This document shows, one piece after another, positions 42,341 through 51,288 of a stretch of 64,000 nucleotides of DNA. Numbering within the stretch: position 1 is the first letter of the stretch; every line of letters starts with the position of its first letter. The notes below the pieces were generated by a model. That model was not told where the DNA came from. It saw only the letters and a list, made by a program, of their open reading frames with translations, and ran no database searches. Where the stretch lies: assembly GCA_964438075.1 (NCBI GenBank), contig CAYTIW010000001.1, positions 18,517-82,516 on the forward strand, read 5' to 3'. The translations under genes were made by a program, and so were the position numbers. This stretch comes from an uncultured Planctomycetales bacterium. Its GTDB lineage: Bacteria > Omnitrophota > Gorgyraeia > Zapsychrales > Fredricksoniimonadaceae.

Positions 42341-42350
42341 CGGATCCTTC

Positions 42351-42881
42351 TTAAACCCAGTTCTTTAATAAATAAATACCGCCCAATACGTTCGGCGCAA
42401 CCAAAAGCCCTTTCTTCTGCCGCCTCTTGATCCACACATCAATAGAGCTTAACGGGACCTCATGTACTTTTATCTTTTCCCATTTATTAACGCCGCCTCC
42501 CTTGGCGACCTTCCTGATCCCCGACGCATGGAAAAAGGTGACCATATCCTTGCACATCCCCGCCGATACCGGACCCCAAAAAAGCCTGGTCATCTTTTTT
42601 GCCAAATAACCAGTCTCCTCAAGCAATTCGCGCTTGGCCGCTTCAGAGAAATCCTCATTGCGCCGGGCTCGCTCATCCCCCACGAGGCCGGCCGGAAAGG
42701 CTATCACGTTCCTGCCCACCGGATGACGGAACTGTTCGACCAGGATAACTTTGTCATCATCGGTTTTGGATAAAATAATAACCACGCCGGTCGCGTTAAC
42801 CCTCTCGATGTACTCCCAGCCGTCACGTATCACAAACCTTATGTATTTACCCGACTTGACTATCTTCTTCATAAAGACCAC
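42351..42881 (-). CDS. NUDIX hydrolase (ADP-ribose pyrophosphatase-like)
   Basis: Nudix box GLVGDERARRNEDFSEAAKRELLEETGY. Confidence 0.8.
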   Translation of the reverse strand: MVFMKKIVKSGKYIRFVIRDGWEYIERVNATGVVIILSKTDDDKVILVEQFRHPVGRNVIAFPAGLVGDERARRNEDFSEAAKRELLEETGYLAKKMTRLFWGPVSAGMCKDMVTFFHASGIRKVAKGGGVNKWEKIKVHEVPLSSIDVWIKRRQKKGLLVAPNVLGGIYLLKNWV

Positions 42882-42911
42882 CTGTACCTATCGGCAAAAA
42901 CATTTCCCGAT

Positions 42912-44651
42912 TCAGATCCCGTTAAGGCGCTTCCACTCTCTGCAGACATCATCCATCAAGGAGCCCATTATATCCTTCGAAAAATCGAATTTGATGCCTG
43001 CCGCGGCAAAAAGATCCGGGAGCGGCCTTGACCCTCCCAAGGCCAGCGAGCTTTTGTAATCCGCGATCGCTTTCCCGGGTGAATTCCGGTAATGCTGCCA
43101 TATCTGCAACGCCCCTAACTGGGCGATCCCATATTCTATGTAGTAAAAAGGTATCTCAAAAATATGTAACTGCCGGTGCCAGAGGTAGGCCAGCTCTTCC
43201 TCCAAACCAGACCAATCCACCACGCCTCCGCCGTACTCTGAGAAAAGCCTTGTCCACATCGCTCGACGTTCTGCCGGGGAATGCCGCGGATTCTCGTACA
43301 TCCAATGCTGATAGGCGTCGATCGTAGCCACCCAAGCCAGAACGGAGATCACTCCCTCGAAGAATTCCACCTTGGATCGGCTGGCATCCTGCTCGTTATA
43401 AAAAACATCCAGACGGTCATTGGCCATCAATTCCATGGACATCGATGCCACTTCGCAGAATTCTATCGGCGCGTGACGATAGAAACCAAGCGGGTCATGC
43501 GCGCAGAGATAAGCATGAAAGGCATGGCCGGATTCGTGGCAAAGTGTACGCAGATCGTCATCGATCCCGACCGCATTCATGAAAATGAAAGGTTTGCGGG
43601 CTTCTTCGAAGGTATTCTGATATCCTCCCGGGGCCTTGCCTTTGCGGCTCTCCAGATCCAGAAGGCCCCGCGACCGCATATCCTCATAGAGCCCCCCTAG
43701 CTCAGGATCCAGCGAAGCAACTATGCGGCCGACTCCCGTTACCAGTTCTTCCACACGCGTGAAAGGTTTAAGCGCTGGCCGCCCTAAAGGATCGACCGAT
43801 ACATCCCATGGCTTCAGCCTGTCCAATCCCATGACGCTCCGACGAGTTTGGTCGATCATTTCCCGCAACGGCACCACGATCTCCTTGACCGAACGGTGGA
43901 AGGTGCGACAGTCTTCAGGCGAGTAATCAAAACGCAGGTACGCCTTGAACTGATAATCACGATAATTCGCGAAACCGGCATTGCAGGCGATCTGGTGCCT
44001 GAGCTCGAACATCTTCTGGAACAACTGCTCGAATTTATCTTTGTCCTGCAAACGGCGCGAAGCGGTCGCCCGCCAGGCCCTTTCACGAAGGCCCCGGTCC
44101 GGTTCCTGCAGGTACTTCGCCATCTCCGGAAGGGTGTGTTCTCTGCCATCAAAATCAACCGTCATGGCCCCGCAAAGGGTCTGATATTCCTGCGACAACA
44201 GCGCCAGTTCGGTCTGCAATGGTATATTCTTCTCCACGAACATCTCAACCGCGGCCCTCACCGCCCGGTCATGTACCATGTACCTTTTCTCGTCTAGGGC
44301 AATGGACTGCCGCAATTCGAGATATTTTCTGTTCAACGCATCATGGATAGGCTTCAGGACCGGGTCCACGTTCTCGATAAAATCCTGATAAGCCTTTGCT
44401 TTGAACGGATCGTCGGTCTGGCAGGTCATCTCGACATAAAGTATGCCCGCGGTCTGGCTTACAGCCGTATCCAGTTCAGAAAGGTCCAGCATCCACCGTT
44501 CCAGATCCTCGGAAGAGGATACCTTTCTGTCTAATATGTCCGTATAAAGAAGGACCAGTTGGTCTTTATCGGTCAAACAGGCATCTTGGGGAACGAACCT
44601 GCGTTCTGAATACGGTTGCAAGGACTGAAAAACGCTTTTATTGTCTCCCAT
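42912..44651 (-). CDS. pepF: M3 family oligoendopeptidase (PepF-like)
   Basis: 579 aa with the HESGHAFH zinc motif. Length and architecture are typical of M3B. Confidence 0.8.
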   Translation of the reverse strand: MGDNKSVFQSLQPYSERRFVPQDACLTDKDQLVLLYTDILDRKVSSSEDLERWMLDLSELDTAVSQTAGILYVEMTCQTDDPFKAKAYQDFIENVDPVLKPIHDALNRKYLELRQSIALDEKRYMVHDRAVRAAVEMFVEKNIPLQTELALLSQEYQTLCGAMTVDFDGREHTLPEMAKYLQEPDRGLRERAWRATASRRLQDKDKFEQLFQKMFELRHQIACNAGFANYRDYQFKAYLRFDYSPEDCRTFHRSVKEIVVPLREMIDQTRRSVMGLDRLKPWDVSVDPLGRPALKPFTRVEELVTGVGRIVASLDPELGGLYEDMRSRGLLDLESRKGKAPGGYQNTFEEARKPFIFMNAVGIDDDLRTLCHESGHAFHAYLCAHDPLGFYRHAPIEFCEVASMSMELMANDRLDVFYNEQDASRSKVEFFEGVISVLAWVATIDAYQHWMYENPRHSPAERRAMWTRLFSEYGGGVVDWSGLEEELAYLWHRQLHIFEIPFYYIEYGIAQLGALQIWQHYRNSPGKAIADYKSSLALGGSRPLPDLFAAAGIKFDFSKDIMGSLMDDVCREWKRLNGI

Positions 44652-44890
44652 GAAATTTCCTAATGTTAACGGCTGAACAACTCCATGCAGGACATCCGCA
44701 TCCTGCGCATGTCTGAATATTGATTTTTTACCTGTGCAATTTTGCGTTATTATGCCACAGCCTGGCTAAACCCCCAAAAACTTTCTGAAACAAAACCGCT
44801 ATTTCAGCTATGCGTAAGGATTTTTCCGGCCATAAATCGTCCCGGCTTAAAAGCGATCAGGCCTCTTTCTGACCTCGGCCAGAATTTCCC

Positions 44891-44918
44891 TTGACAGACG
44901 ACGGTAATCCGTTAAAAT
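44891..44918 (+). promoter_or_regulatory. candidate promoter of rpmB
   Basis: TTGACA (44891-44896), a 16-nt spacer, then TAAAAT (44913-44918), 67 nt before the ATG. Confidence 0.45.
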
Positions 44919-44985
44919 TTCCTTCTCAAAACTTGATTTTTACAATAAGCATTTGAAATAACTTCATATTCTAAAGGAAAAGACC

Positions 44986-45255
44986 ATGGGTAAGAAATGC
45001 ATTATTTCTGGGGCCGGCCCCCGTTCGGGACGAAAATATAAAAGACGCGGTATGATCCGCCGCAAAGGTGGTGCCGGCGCCAAGATCGTGGGCAAGACCT
45101 TACGCATGATAAAGCCCAACCTGCAGCGCGTCAAAATTGTCGATGAGAACGGAACCGTAAAACGGGTGTGGGTCTCCGCCCGCATGATAAAGGCCGGCAA
45201 GATAACCAAAGCCGGCAAAGCCTCCTTAAAAAGAGCGGCGGCAACAAAAGCTTGA
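44986..45255 (+). CDS. rpmB: 50S ribosomal protein L28 (divergent N-terminal half)
   Basis: MGKKCIISG...KPNLQRVKIVDENGTVKRVWVSARMIKAGKI matches the L28 core (PNLQ...V...G....RV.VS...K.GK). AAGGA RBS. Confidence 0.75.
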   Translation: MGKKCIISGAGPRSGRKYKRRGMIRRKGGAGAKIVGKTLRMIKPNLQRVKIVDENGTVKRVWVSARMIKAGKITKAGKASLKRAAATKA

Positions 45256-45278
45256 CCCTATCATTACCTGGAAATGAG

Positions 45279-45313
45279 AAAGCCCTGGGAGGAAAACCCG
45301 GGGCTTTTTATTT
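45279..45313 (+). terminator. intrinsic terminator after rpmB
   Basis: AAAGCCCTGGG-7 nt-CCCGGGGCTTT (one G-U pair) followed by TTATTT. Confidence 0.7.
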
Positions 45314-45336
45314 AATCCTTTGCTTCAACTTTTTGC

Positions 45337-46806
45337 CTAAATTCGCGACCCGATCTGTATCATGGAAGCTATTTTCCGCCGCCTATCGTTAACCCTACAT
45401 CCTGATAATATCCGGATCAGTTCTGGCGCCTGAAAAATGACCTTCTCGCTGGCTGAATATTCCCCGGCATGGCGCAGGGCGAAAGCCAGATCGTTCCAGT
45501 TGTCGAAGTTCTCGGGGGAAAAAATAACTGCTTCAATAAAACAGTCCACCGCTGAACAGTAATTCTCCTGCAGATAAAAAAAATATCCCTTCATCGCCCA
45601 TGACAGCTCCGACTTGGCGTCTTCAAAGGATGGCGTCAAACCCCGACGTAATCGCTCGAATCTGGCCGGGTCTCGGAACGCCGTCACGGTCAAATAGGGG
45701 AACAATGCGTCCCGGCGTTGAACCCCTTCTCCGATCCTGTTAGGGACCCTTACGATTGACCCGGACCTTATAGTGCCGGCGGGCACGCTGGGTTTCTGGT
45801 ACGGTGGGCAAACGACCGACATGCCGCGGGAACTGAACTGGGCAAAGAACGGATTTTCCTGCCCAAAGTCAACTTTTGGCGGCGTCAATATCTTGATACG
45901 CCGGCCTTTCTTTAGGATCACTACGCTGCGGCCTTCCAGCGCTAAACGATCGCCTTGGCACAGGTCCTGTTCATAAGGATTATAATCCGCTCCGTTACCC
46001 GAGTGGTAGACCTGGCGATAATAGATATTCCCCCGTTTGAGTTCCCCATCGAAAGCGTAAACCTTCCGCTCATAAAATACCAGAAACGGCATCTGCAAAT
46101 GCTGATCGATCTTCCGGGCGAATATTGGTTCTTCTTTTAAAATCACGTCCCGGAGCCGGCCGGCCATGAGTTTGGTTTTCTCACAACCGTAAGAACAAGG
46201 CATGTGCGGGATATAGGCATATATCCGGTCCCGGGGAAAGGGGTTACAGAGAAAACTGGCTTCTTCATATTTCGTGTTACGAAGTATCTCCAGCAAAAAA
46301 TTGTATTGCGACCAATCATTATATTTCTGAAAGAAATCCACGCAGCAGTCAGGATATCCCAGGAAAAGCCCGAAACGATAACCGTCGGCCAAAGGTTTCT
46401 CCATGACCCGCCCGTTGACTATAACGGGATACCATCCGTAACGGAAACCTGCCTCCAGAGCCTCCGAAGAACGGGAAATAAACAAGTGCACCTCGCCTGA
46501 ACGAAGGCGAGGATCAAAAGGCCGACCATAGGCGAACGTGGTGGTAAGGTTCCCCTTGCCGATGATATTGCCGGGGATCTGAGAGCGGGTAACAGTATTA
46601 AAATTGACATCCGCCCTATATTTGATGCCGTACTTACGGCACCCGTCTGTGAACTTCTTGAGCCTTCCGGCCCTCACCCATACATCAGCGCAGGGTTTCA
46701 GGCCAGCCGCCACAGCCATCAAGACCGGGAGTTGGGTGCTGTGCCCCTGGGCTTCCACCAGTTCGCGACAAAATCTTTTTGGGATATAATGCTCGAACAT
46801 TTTCAA
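45337..46806 (-). CDS. hypothetical protein (489 aa) with a GYPDCC / HMPCSYGC cysteine pattern and a C-terminal TPR-like region
   Basis: Uninterrupted ORF. LFLGYPDCCVDFF and IPHMPCSYGCEKT recall the DUF483-type pattern (from memory). The C-terminal FENWNDLAFALRHAGEYSASEKV region is TPR-like. Confidence 0.6.
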   Translation of the reverse strand: MKMFEHYIPKRFCRELVEAQGHSTQLPVLMAVAAGLKPCADVWVRAGRLKKFTDGCRKYGIKYRADVNFNTVTRSQIPGNIIGKGNLTTTFAYGRPFDPRLRSGEVHLFISRSSEALEAGFRYGWYPVIVNGRVMEKPLADGYRFGLFLGYPDCCVDFFQKYNDWSQYNFLLEILRNTKYEEASFLCNPFPRDRIYAYIPHMPCSYGCEKTKLMAGRLRDVILKEEPIFARKIDQHLQMPFLVFYERKVYAFDGELKRGNIYYRQVYHSGNGADYNPYEQDLCQGDRLALEGRSVVILKKGRRIKILTPPKVDFGQENPFFAQFSSRGMSVVCPPYQKPSVPAGTIRSGSIVRVPNRIGEGVQRRDALFPYLTVTAFRDPARFERLRRGLTPSFEDAKSELSWAMKGYFFYLQENYCSAVDCFIEAVIFSPENFDNWNDLAFALRHAGEYSASEKVIFQAPELIRILSGCRVNDRRRKIASMIQIGSRI

Positions 46807-46893
46807 AGATGAACTTGTTCTCTTAAATGGCTGAATGACTTATCTGATGCCTGCCCTCCCGCTCTTTCGAGAAGGCCGGCCACTCACAGGCTT

Positions 46894-48579
46894 CTAGGTC
46901 AGATGTCGTATATCTTTTATGATCAGTTGGACCTGCGCCGGCTTATTCCAGTCGTCGATACCGAGTGTGTAAGCCAGGTCCACCGCCTGCCCCATACGCA
47001 GAGCTTCGTTGGCTGAAGCCATACCAAAACCCACCGCAGAAAAAGTCGCCCGGCCATCCGTGACCCAGAATTTTATCGTATCCTTGCCCATGATCTGCGG
47101 CCGGCTTTTGACCATCAGCCTTCGGGAAGCGAACAAAGGCACAGGATTACCTTCACCGTGCGGGCCCAGCCTTTCAACCTGCCGCACAAGATCGATCGAG
47201 ACTGAGGATAAAGAAAGTTCGGCATCTACGTCCAGAGTCGGGGTCAGATCACAAGCGGCCAATACTTCTTTGGCAAAAAGGTTGATCCGGCTGCGGAATT
47301 CGACTACGTGCTTGTCTTTTACCTTCAGGCCAGCCGCCCGCCGGTGGCCGCCAAACCCCTCCAAGACTTCGGAGCAATGTGCCAAGGCTTCATTCAGATG
47401 GAACCCTTCGACTGAACGGGCGGACCCGACCCCCCATCCGTTCTCCATCGCAATGATGACCGCCGGCCGGCCGAATTTGTCCGCGATCTTGGCCGCCGCG
47501 ATGCCCAACACGCCTTTGTGCCAGCCTTCCTTGTGCAGGACGATCACCGGCTCGCCTGCCAAGAGCGGATCCGCCTCGATTATGGCCAAGGCTTCATCTA
47601 CCAACGACCCCTGCAGGCGCTGGCGCTCCTTGTTGTGCGCCTCCAAGGCCTGGGCCAGCGCAGTTGCGTTCAAATAATTGTCCGACAGCAAGAGATCCAG
47701 CGAAGTGTTAGCGGTCCCCATTCTCCCGGCGGCATTCAAACGGGGGCCCAGCACAAACCCAACCGAATAGGGCGTAACCTCCTTGCCCTTGATCCGTGCC
47801 GTTTCTATCAAGGCCCGTAACCCTTCCTTGCTGGTGCTGGCTATCTTGGGCAATCCGTGTTTCGCTATAATACGGTTCTCGCTTACCAACGGGACCATAT
47901 CAGCCACAGTCCCCAAGGCCACCAGGTCCAGGTCATCGACCGGGAAATGACCGAGGACGGCCTGTGCGAACTTGGCCGCCAGCCCCACGCCAGCCAGGTC
48001 GCGGAATGGATAATCATCATCGGCCTGCTTTGGGTCGATGACCGATACGGCATCGGGGATCCGGTCCCCGTCGGCCTCATGATGGTCTATGACGACACTG
48101 TCGATGCCCGCCCGCGCCAGCTCTTCCACCTCTCCGGCAGAAGTTATGCCGCAGTCAACGGTTATCAGGAGCGACACGCCTTCGGCTTTTGCCAGGGGTA
48201 CGACATCGTAATTCAGCCCGTAACCCTCCTCCATCCGGTGCGGGATATAAGTCCGGGCCTGTATACCAAACTTCTTCATCAGCCGTGACAGGACCGCGGT
48301 CCCGGTAACACCGTCGACATCGTAATCGCCGTATATCATGACCGTCTCTTGGCGATCCCGGGCCTTCTTCAAACGATCGACCGCGCGGTCCATGCCTTTA
48401 AGACCAAACGGATCGAACAGGGACTCCAATCGGGGATTAAGAAAACGTTCGGCCTCGTCTGGTTCTGAAATACCGCGATTAGCCAGCAGCTGGGCCACTA
48501 TGGGGGGGATACCTGCGGCATCGCGCAAGCGTGCCTGCAGTTCGGGGCGTGGGGTTTTAAGCTTCCACTTCTTCGCCAT
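46894..48579 (-). CDS. recJ: single-stranded-DNA-specific exonuclease RecJ
   Basis: DHH family motifs are present: YGDYDVDGVTG, TVDCGI, VIDHHE and GGHRRAAG. Confidence 0.92.
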   Translation of the reverse strand: MAKKWKLKTPRPELQARLRDAAGIPPIVAQLLANRGISEPDEAERFLNPRLESLFDPFGLKGMDRAVDRLKKARDRQETVMIYGDYDVDGVTGTAVLSRLMKKFGIQARTYIPHRMEEGYGLNYDVVPLAKAEGVSLLITVDCGITSAGEVEELARAGIDSVVIDHHEADGDRIPDAVSVIDPKQADDDYPFRDLAGVGLAAKFAQAVLGHFPVDDLDLVALGTVADMVPLVSENRIIAKHGLPKIASTSKEGLRALIETARIKGKEVTPYSVGFVLGPRLNAAGRMGTANTSLDLLLSDNYLNATALAQALEAHNKERQRLQGSLVDEALAIIEADPLLAGEPVIVLHKEGWHKGVLGIAAAKIADKFGRPAVIIAMENGWGVGSARSVEGFHLNEALAHCSEVLEGFGGHRRAAGLKVKDKHVVEFRSRINLFAKEVLAACDLTPTLDVDAELSLSSVSIDLVRQVERLGPHGEGNPVPLFASRRLMVKSRPQIMGKDTIKFWVTDGRATFSAVGFGMASANEALRMGQAVDLAYTLGIDDWNKPAQVQLIIKDIRHLT

Positions 48580-48727
48580 TTCACCTTATTTTATCACGGT
48601 ATCCGATATTAAAGCACCACCAAAGTACTCAGGTCGGACAACGGACAACCGGCGGGCCTCAGGAAAATTTATTCAACCTTTATCTTTGTCATCTGCCCAA
48701 AGAGAGTTCCTGGATCAATGAATATTT

Positions 48728-50398
48728 TTACATTTTCTCCGGGGCAGTAACCCCTAAAATACGCAAACCGTTGGCGAGGACTATCCTGGTCGCGTCGCAC
48801 AAGGCCAGACGCTCCGCGGACAAGGACTGATCAGCATCGATAACGCGGCAGCGGTCGTAGAACTTGTGGAAGGCCGCAGCCAGTTCCTGCAGAAAACGCG
48901 GAAGGGCGGCCGGATCCAGTTGAAGGGCGCAGATGTTCAAAAAATCCGGGAAAGAAGCCAGCTTACGAATCAATTCTATCTCGGCTTCATCACTCAGGAG
49001 ACTGAATTCCACCGCCGGCACCAACGAAGCCTCGTCCCTGGCTTTACGTAAAATGCTATGTATACGCGCATGAGCGTACTGGATGTAATAAACCGGGTTC
49101 TCGGGTGCCTGTTTCTTCGCCAGATCAATGTCGAATTCCAGCTGCTGGCTCACCTGGCGCATGAGCATAAAATATCTTCCGGCGTCGGTACCGACTTCCT
49201 GGACCACTTCACGAAGGCTGATGAACTCACCGGCGCGGGTCGACATGCGCAACTGCTTGCCGTCGCGGAATATCGTCGCCAATTGTATGATGAGCCCCTC
49301 CAAAGCGGTGACATCCTTGCCCAGCGCCTGGGCGGCGGCCTTTATGCGCGGGATATAACCGTGGTGATCGGGCCCTAAGATATCTACCAAAAGGTCAAAG
49401 CCGCGGTCATATTTGTATTTGTGATATACGATATCGGGGGCCAAATAGGTATAAAAACCGTCGCTCTTTTTAACGACCCGGTCCTTGTCGTCCCCAAAAC
49501 GGGTGGACTGGAACCACAGTGCCCCGTCCTTTTCGTAAATAAATCCCTTCTTCTGCAGGTCTGCCAGAGTCTGCTCGATCTTCTCCGGGTTTGCCACCTC
49601 GCTCTCGAATGACCAGTTGTCGAACTGCACACGGAAGATCCTCAAGTCCTCCCGAATAACCTCCATCAGATAATCCTTGGCAAAGCTGCAGAACTCATCG
49701 ATGGAGATAGTATCCAGCACGGCTAAGGAACCTGCCCGGCGGTTATCGATAAAAATTCTGGCCATGTCCCGGATATAATCGCCCTGGTAACAGTCTTGCG
49801 GATATTCGACCTTGGCCCCCAGCTGCTCCCTGGCACGCAATTGCACCGACAACCCCAGAGTGCGGATCTGGTTGCCCCCGTCATTGACATAGAACTCGCG
49901 TTCGGCCTTATGCCCGGTGAAATTAAGTATATTGACCAGGACATCCCCCACCGCGGCCTGGCGGGCATGGGCCACCGTCAGCGGGCCCGTCGGGTTGGCG
50001 GAAACAAACTCTACCAGGACCCGCTTGCCGTGGCCTAACCCAGTCCGCCCGAAAGAATCTCCCCGGGTCAAAATATCTTTAAGGATATCGTAGTGGGCCA
50101 GGTTCGAAAGGCGGAAATTGATGAAGCCAGGTTTGACAACCTCTATGGCAGATATCTTTCCCTTGAGGGGAGATCCGGGCAGGCTCGCTTCCAACCTTTT
50201 CTGGATGGCCGCGGCGATCTCCGAAGGATTCTTTCGCAGGTTCTTGGCCAACTGCAAAGCGATGTTGCAGGCCAGATCACCGTGCTCGCGATAAGCCGGC
50301 GGTTCTAATATCACCGTCGGCTGCGGTGATAATGGCCCGAAAGGTTCCAAGGACGATATTACTAACTCGGTCAACTGTGAACGAATAGTGGCCAACAT
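48728..50398 (-). CDS. argS: arginine--tRNA ligase
   Basis: FVSANPTGPLTVAHARQAAVGD (HIGH region), RMSTRAG (KMSKS equivalent) and a DALR-type anticodon-binding C terminus. Confidence 0.95.
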   Translation of the reverse strand: MLATIRSQLTELVISSLEPFGPLSPQPTVILEPPAYREHGDLACNIALQLAKNLRKNPSEIAAAIQKRLEASLPGSPLKGKISAIEVVKPGFINFRLSNLAHYDILKDILTRGDSFGRTGLGHGKRVLVEFVSANPTGPLTVAHARQAAVGDVLVNILNFTGHKAEREFYVNDGGNQIRTLGLSVQLRAREQLGAKVEYPQDCYQGDYIRDMARIFIDNRRAGSLAVLDTISIDEFCSFAKDYLMEVIREDLRIFRVQFDNWSFESEVANPEKIEQTLADLQKKGFIYEKDGALWFQSTRFGDDKDRVVKKSDGFYTYLAPDIVYHKYKYDRGFDLLVDILGPDHHGYIPRIKAAAQALGKDVTALEGLIIQLATIFRDGKQLRMSTRAGEFISLREVVQEVGTDAGRYFMLMRQVSQQLEFDIDLAKKQAPENPVYYIQYAHARIHSILRKARDEASLVPAVEFSLLSDEAEIELIRKLASFPDFLNICALQLDPAALPRFLQELAAAFHKFYDRCRVIDADQSLSAERLALCDATRIVLANGLRILGVTAPEKM

Positions 50399-50421
50399 GA
50401 GTCACACCCTAAAATATCAAT

Positions 50422-50481
50422 GGTCAGCGACCGTTGCAGGTCGGTCCTACAGTACCGATCCCGTAACAACGGCCACTGACC
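50422..50481 (-). promoter_or_regulatory. 15-bp stem-loop in the argS leader
   Basis: 50422-50436 pairs with 50467-50481. On the minus strand this gives 13 Watson-Crick pairs plus 2 G-U pairs; on the plus strand the same two positions are A-C/C-A mismatches. It ends 23 nt before the argS ATG. Confidence 0.5.
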
Positions 50482-50492
50482 ACTAAATAACT

Positions 50493-50900
50493 CTATCTCT
50501 CCCAGTCGATCCTGGCCGCTCCCTGCCAAAGGAACTCGAGCCCATAAAAATCGCGCGAATCCGCTTCAAAGATATGGACCACAACGTCGCCCATGTCCAG
50601 GAGGCCCCATTGGCCCAGCCGTTCGTCAGAGCCCCCCTCTTCAGCGTCAGCCAGGGAGAAAATTCTCTGGCGGTCAAATGAACCAAGGCCCTGTTTGAAC
50701 TTCACCTTGACGCCCAATTCGGACAGGCCGTCGTCAATTCCATCGGCGATAGCTTTGGCATGGCGGGAACTCGTCCCCGAGCAGATCACGAAATAGTCGC
50801 AATAGTTGACTATCCCGCGCATGTCAAGGACGACAATATTTTCGGCTTTCTTATCTGCAGCGAGATGAGCGATTTTCTTCGCGAGATTTAACGATTCCAA
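50493..50900 (-). CDS. rsfS: ribosome silencing factor RsfS (iojap-like)
   Basis: AADKKAENIVVLDMRGIVNYCDYFVICSGTSSRHAKAIADGI...VVVHIF...RDFYGLEFLW. Confidence 0.85.
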   Translation of the reverse strand: MESLNLAKKIAHLAADKKAENIVVLDMRGIVNYCDYFVICSGTSSRHAKAIADGIDDGLSELGVKVKFKQGLGSFDRQRIFSLADAEEGGSDERLGQWGLLDMGDVVVHIFEADSRDFYGLEFLWQGAARIDWER

Positions 50901-51022
50901 CGCTTGTCGTCTCTCCTAATGGGGGTCTTGGGCTCTGTTATTCATATTTCTTGAAATATTGCCTCCGCGAAACTCGCGGGAAGCAATAAATGAAAAGCTA
51001 ATTAACAGAGGGAAAACCGCTA

Positions 51023-51193
51023 TTATCCCTTAAGCTTCTTGGCCTGATCCTTGCTCAGCACTCTCCAGCACTCATGCGTACCTACCGGAGACTTTACAAC
51101 GGCAAAAAACCTTCCGCCTTTCTCCTGGACCTTGTACGCGTCTGATTCGAATTTCTTCTTAGACTTCACATCGTAAAATGACAACTTCTCCAT
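51023..51193 (-). CDS. small basic protein (56 aa, re-trimmed from the 89-aa track ORF)
   Basis: ATG 51193 preceded by AAGGAGG at ideal spacing. MEKLSFYDVKSKKKFESDAYKVQEKGGRFFAVVKSPVGTHECWRVLSKDQAKKLKG is Lys-rich and beta-like. Possibly nucleic-acid binding (inference). Confidence 0.55.
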   Translation of the reverse strand: MEKLSFYDVKSKKKFESDAYKVQEKGGRFFAVVKSPVGTHECWRVLSKDQAKKLKG

Positions 51194-51288
51194 AAAAACC
51201 TCCTTAAGTGTTGAAGAATAGTTTTGAGTGTATCCAATAAAATAGTGCGTGTCAATGCCAAATAGGTCGAATTTGATTTCTGGACCGT

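Noticed and set aside
47009-47677. 222-aa plus-strand ORF opposite recJ.
   Set aside because: The translation is Ser/Ala/Arg/Pro-rich and low-complexity, with no motifs. The recJ frame on the minus strand carries all the DHH motifs.
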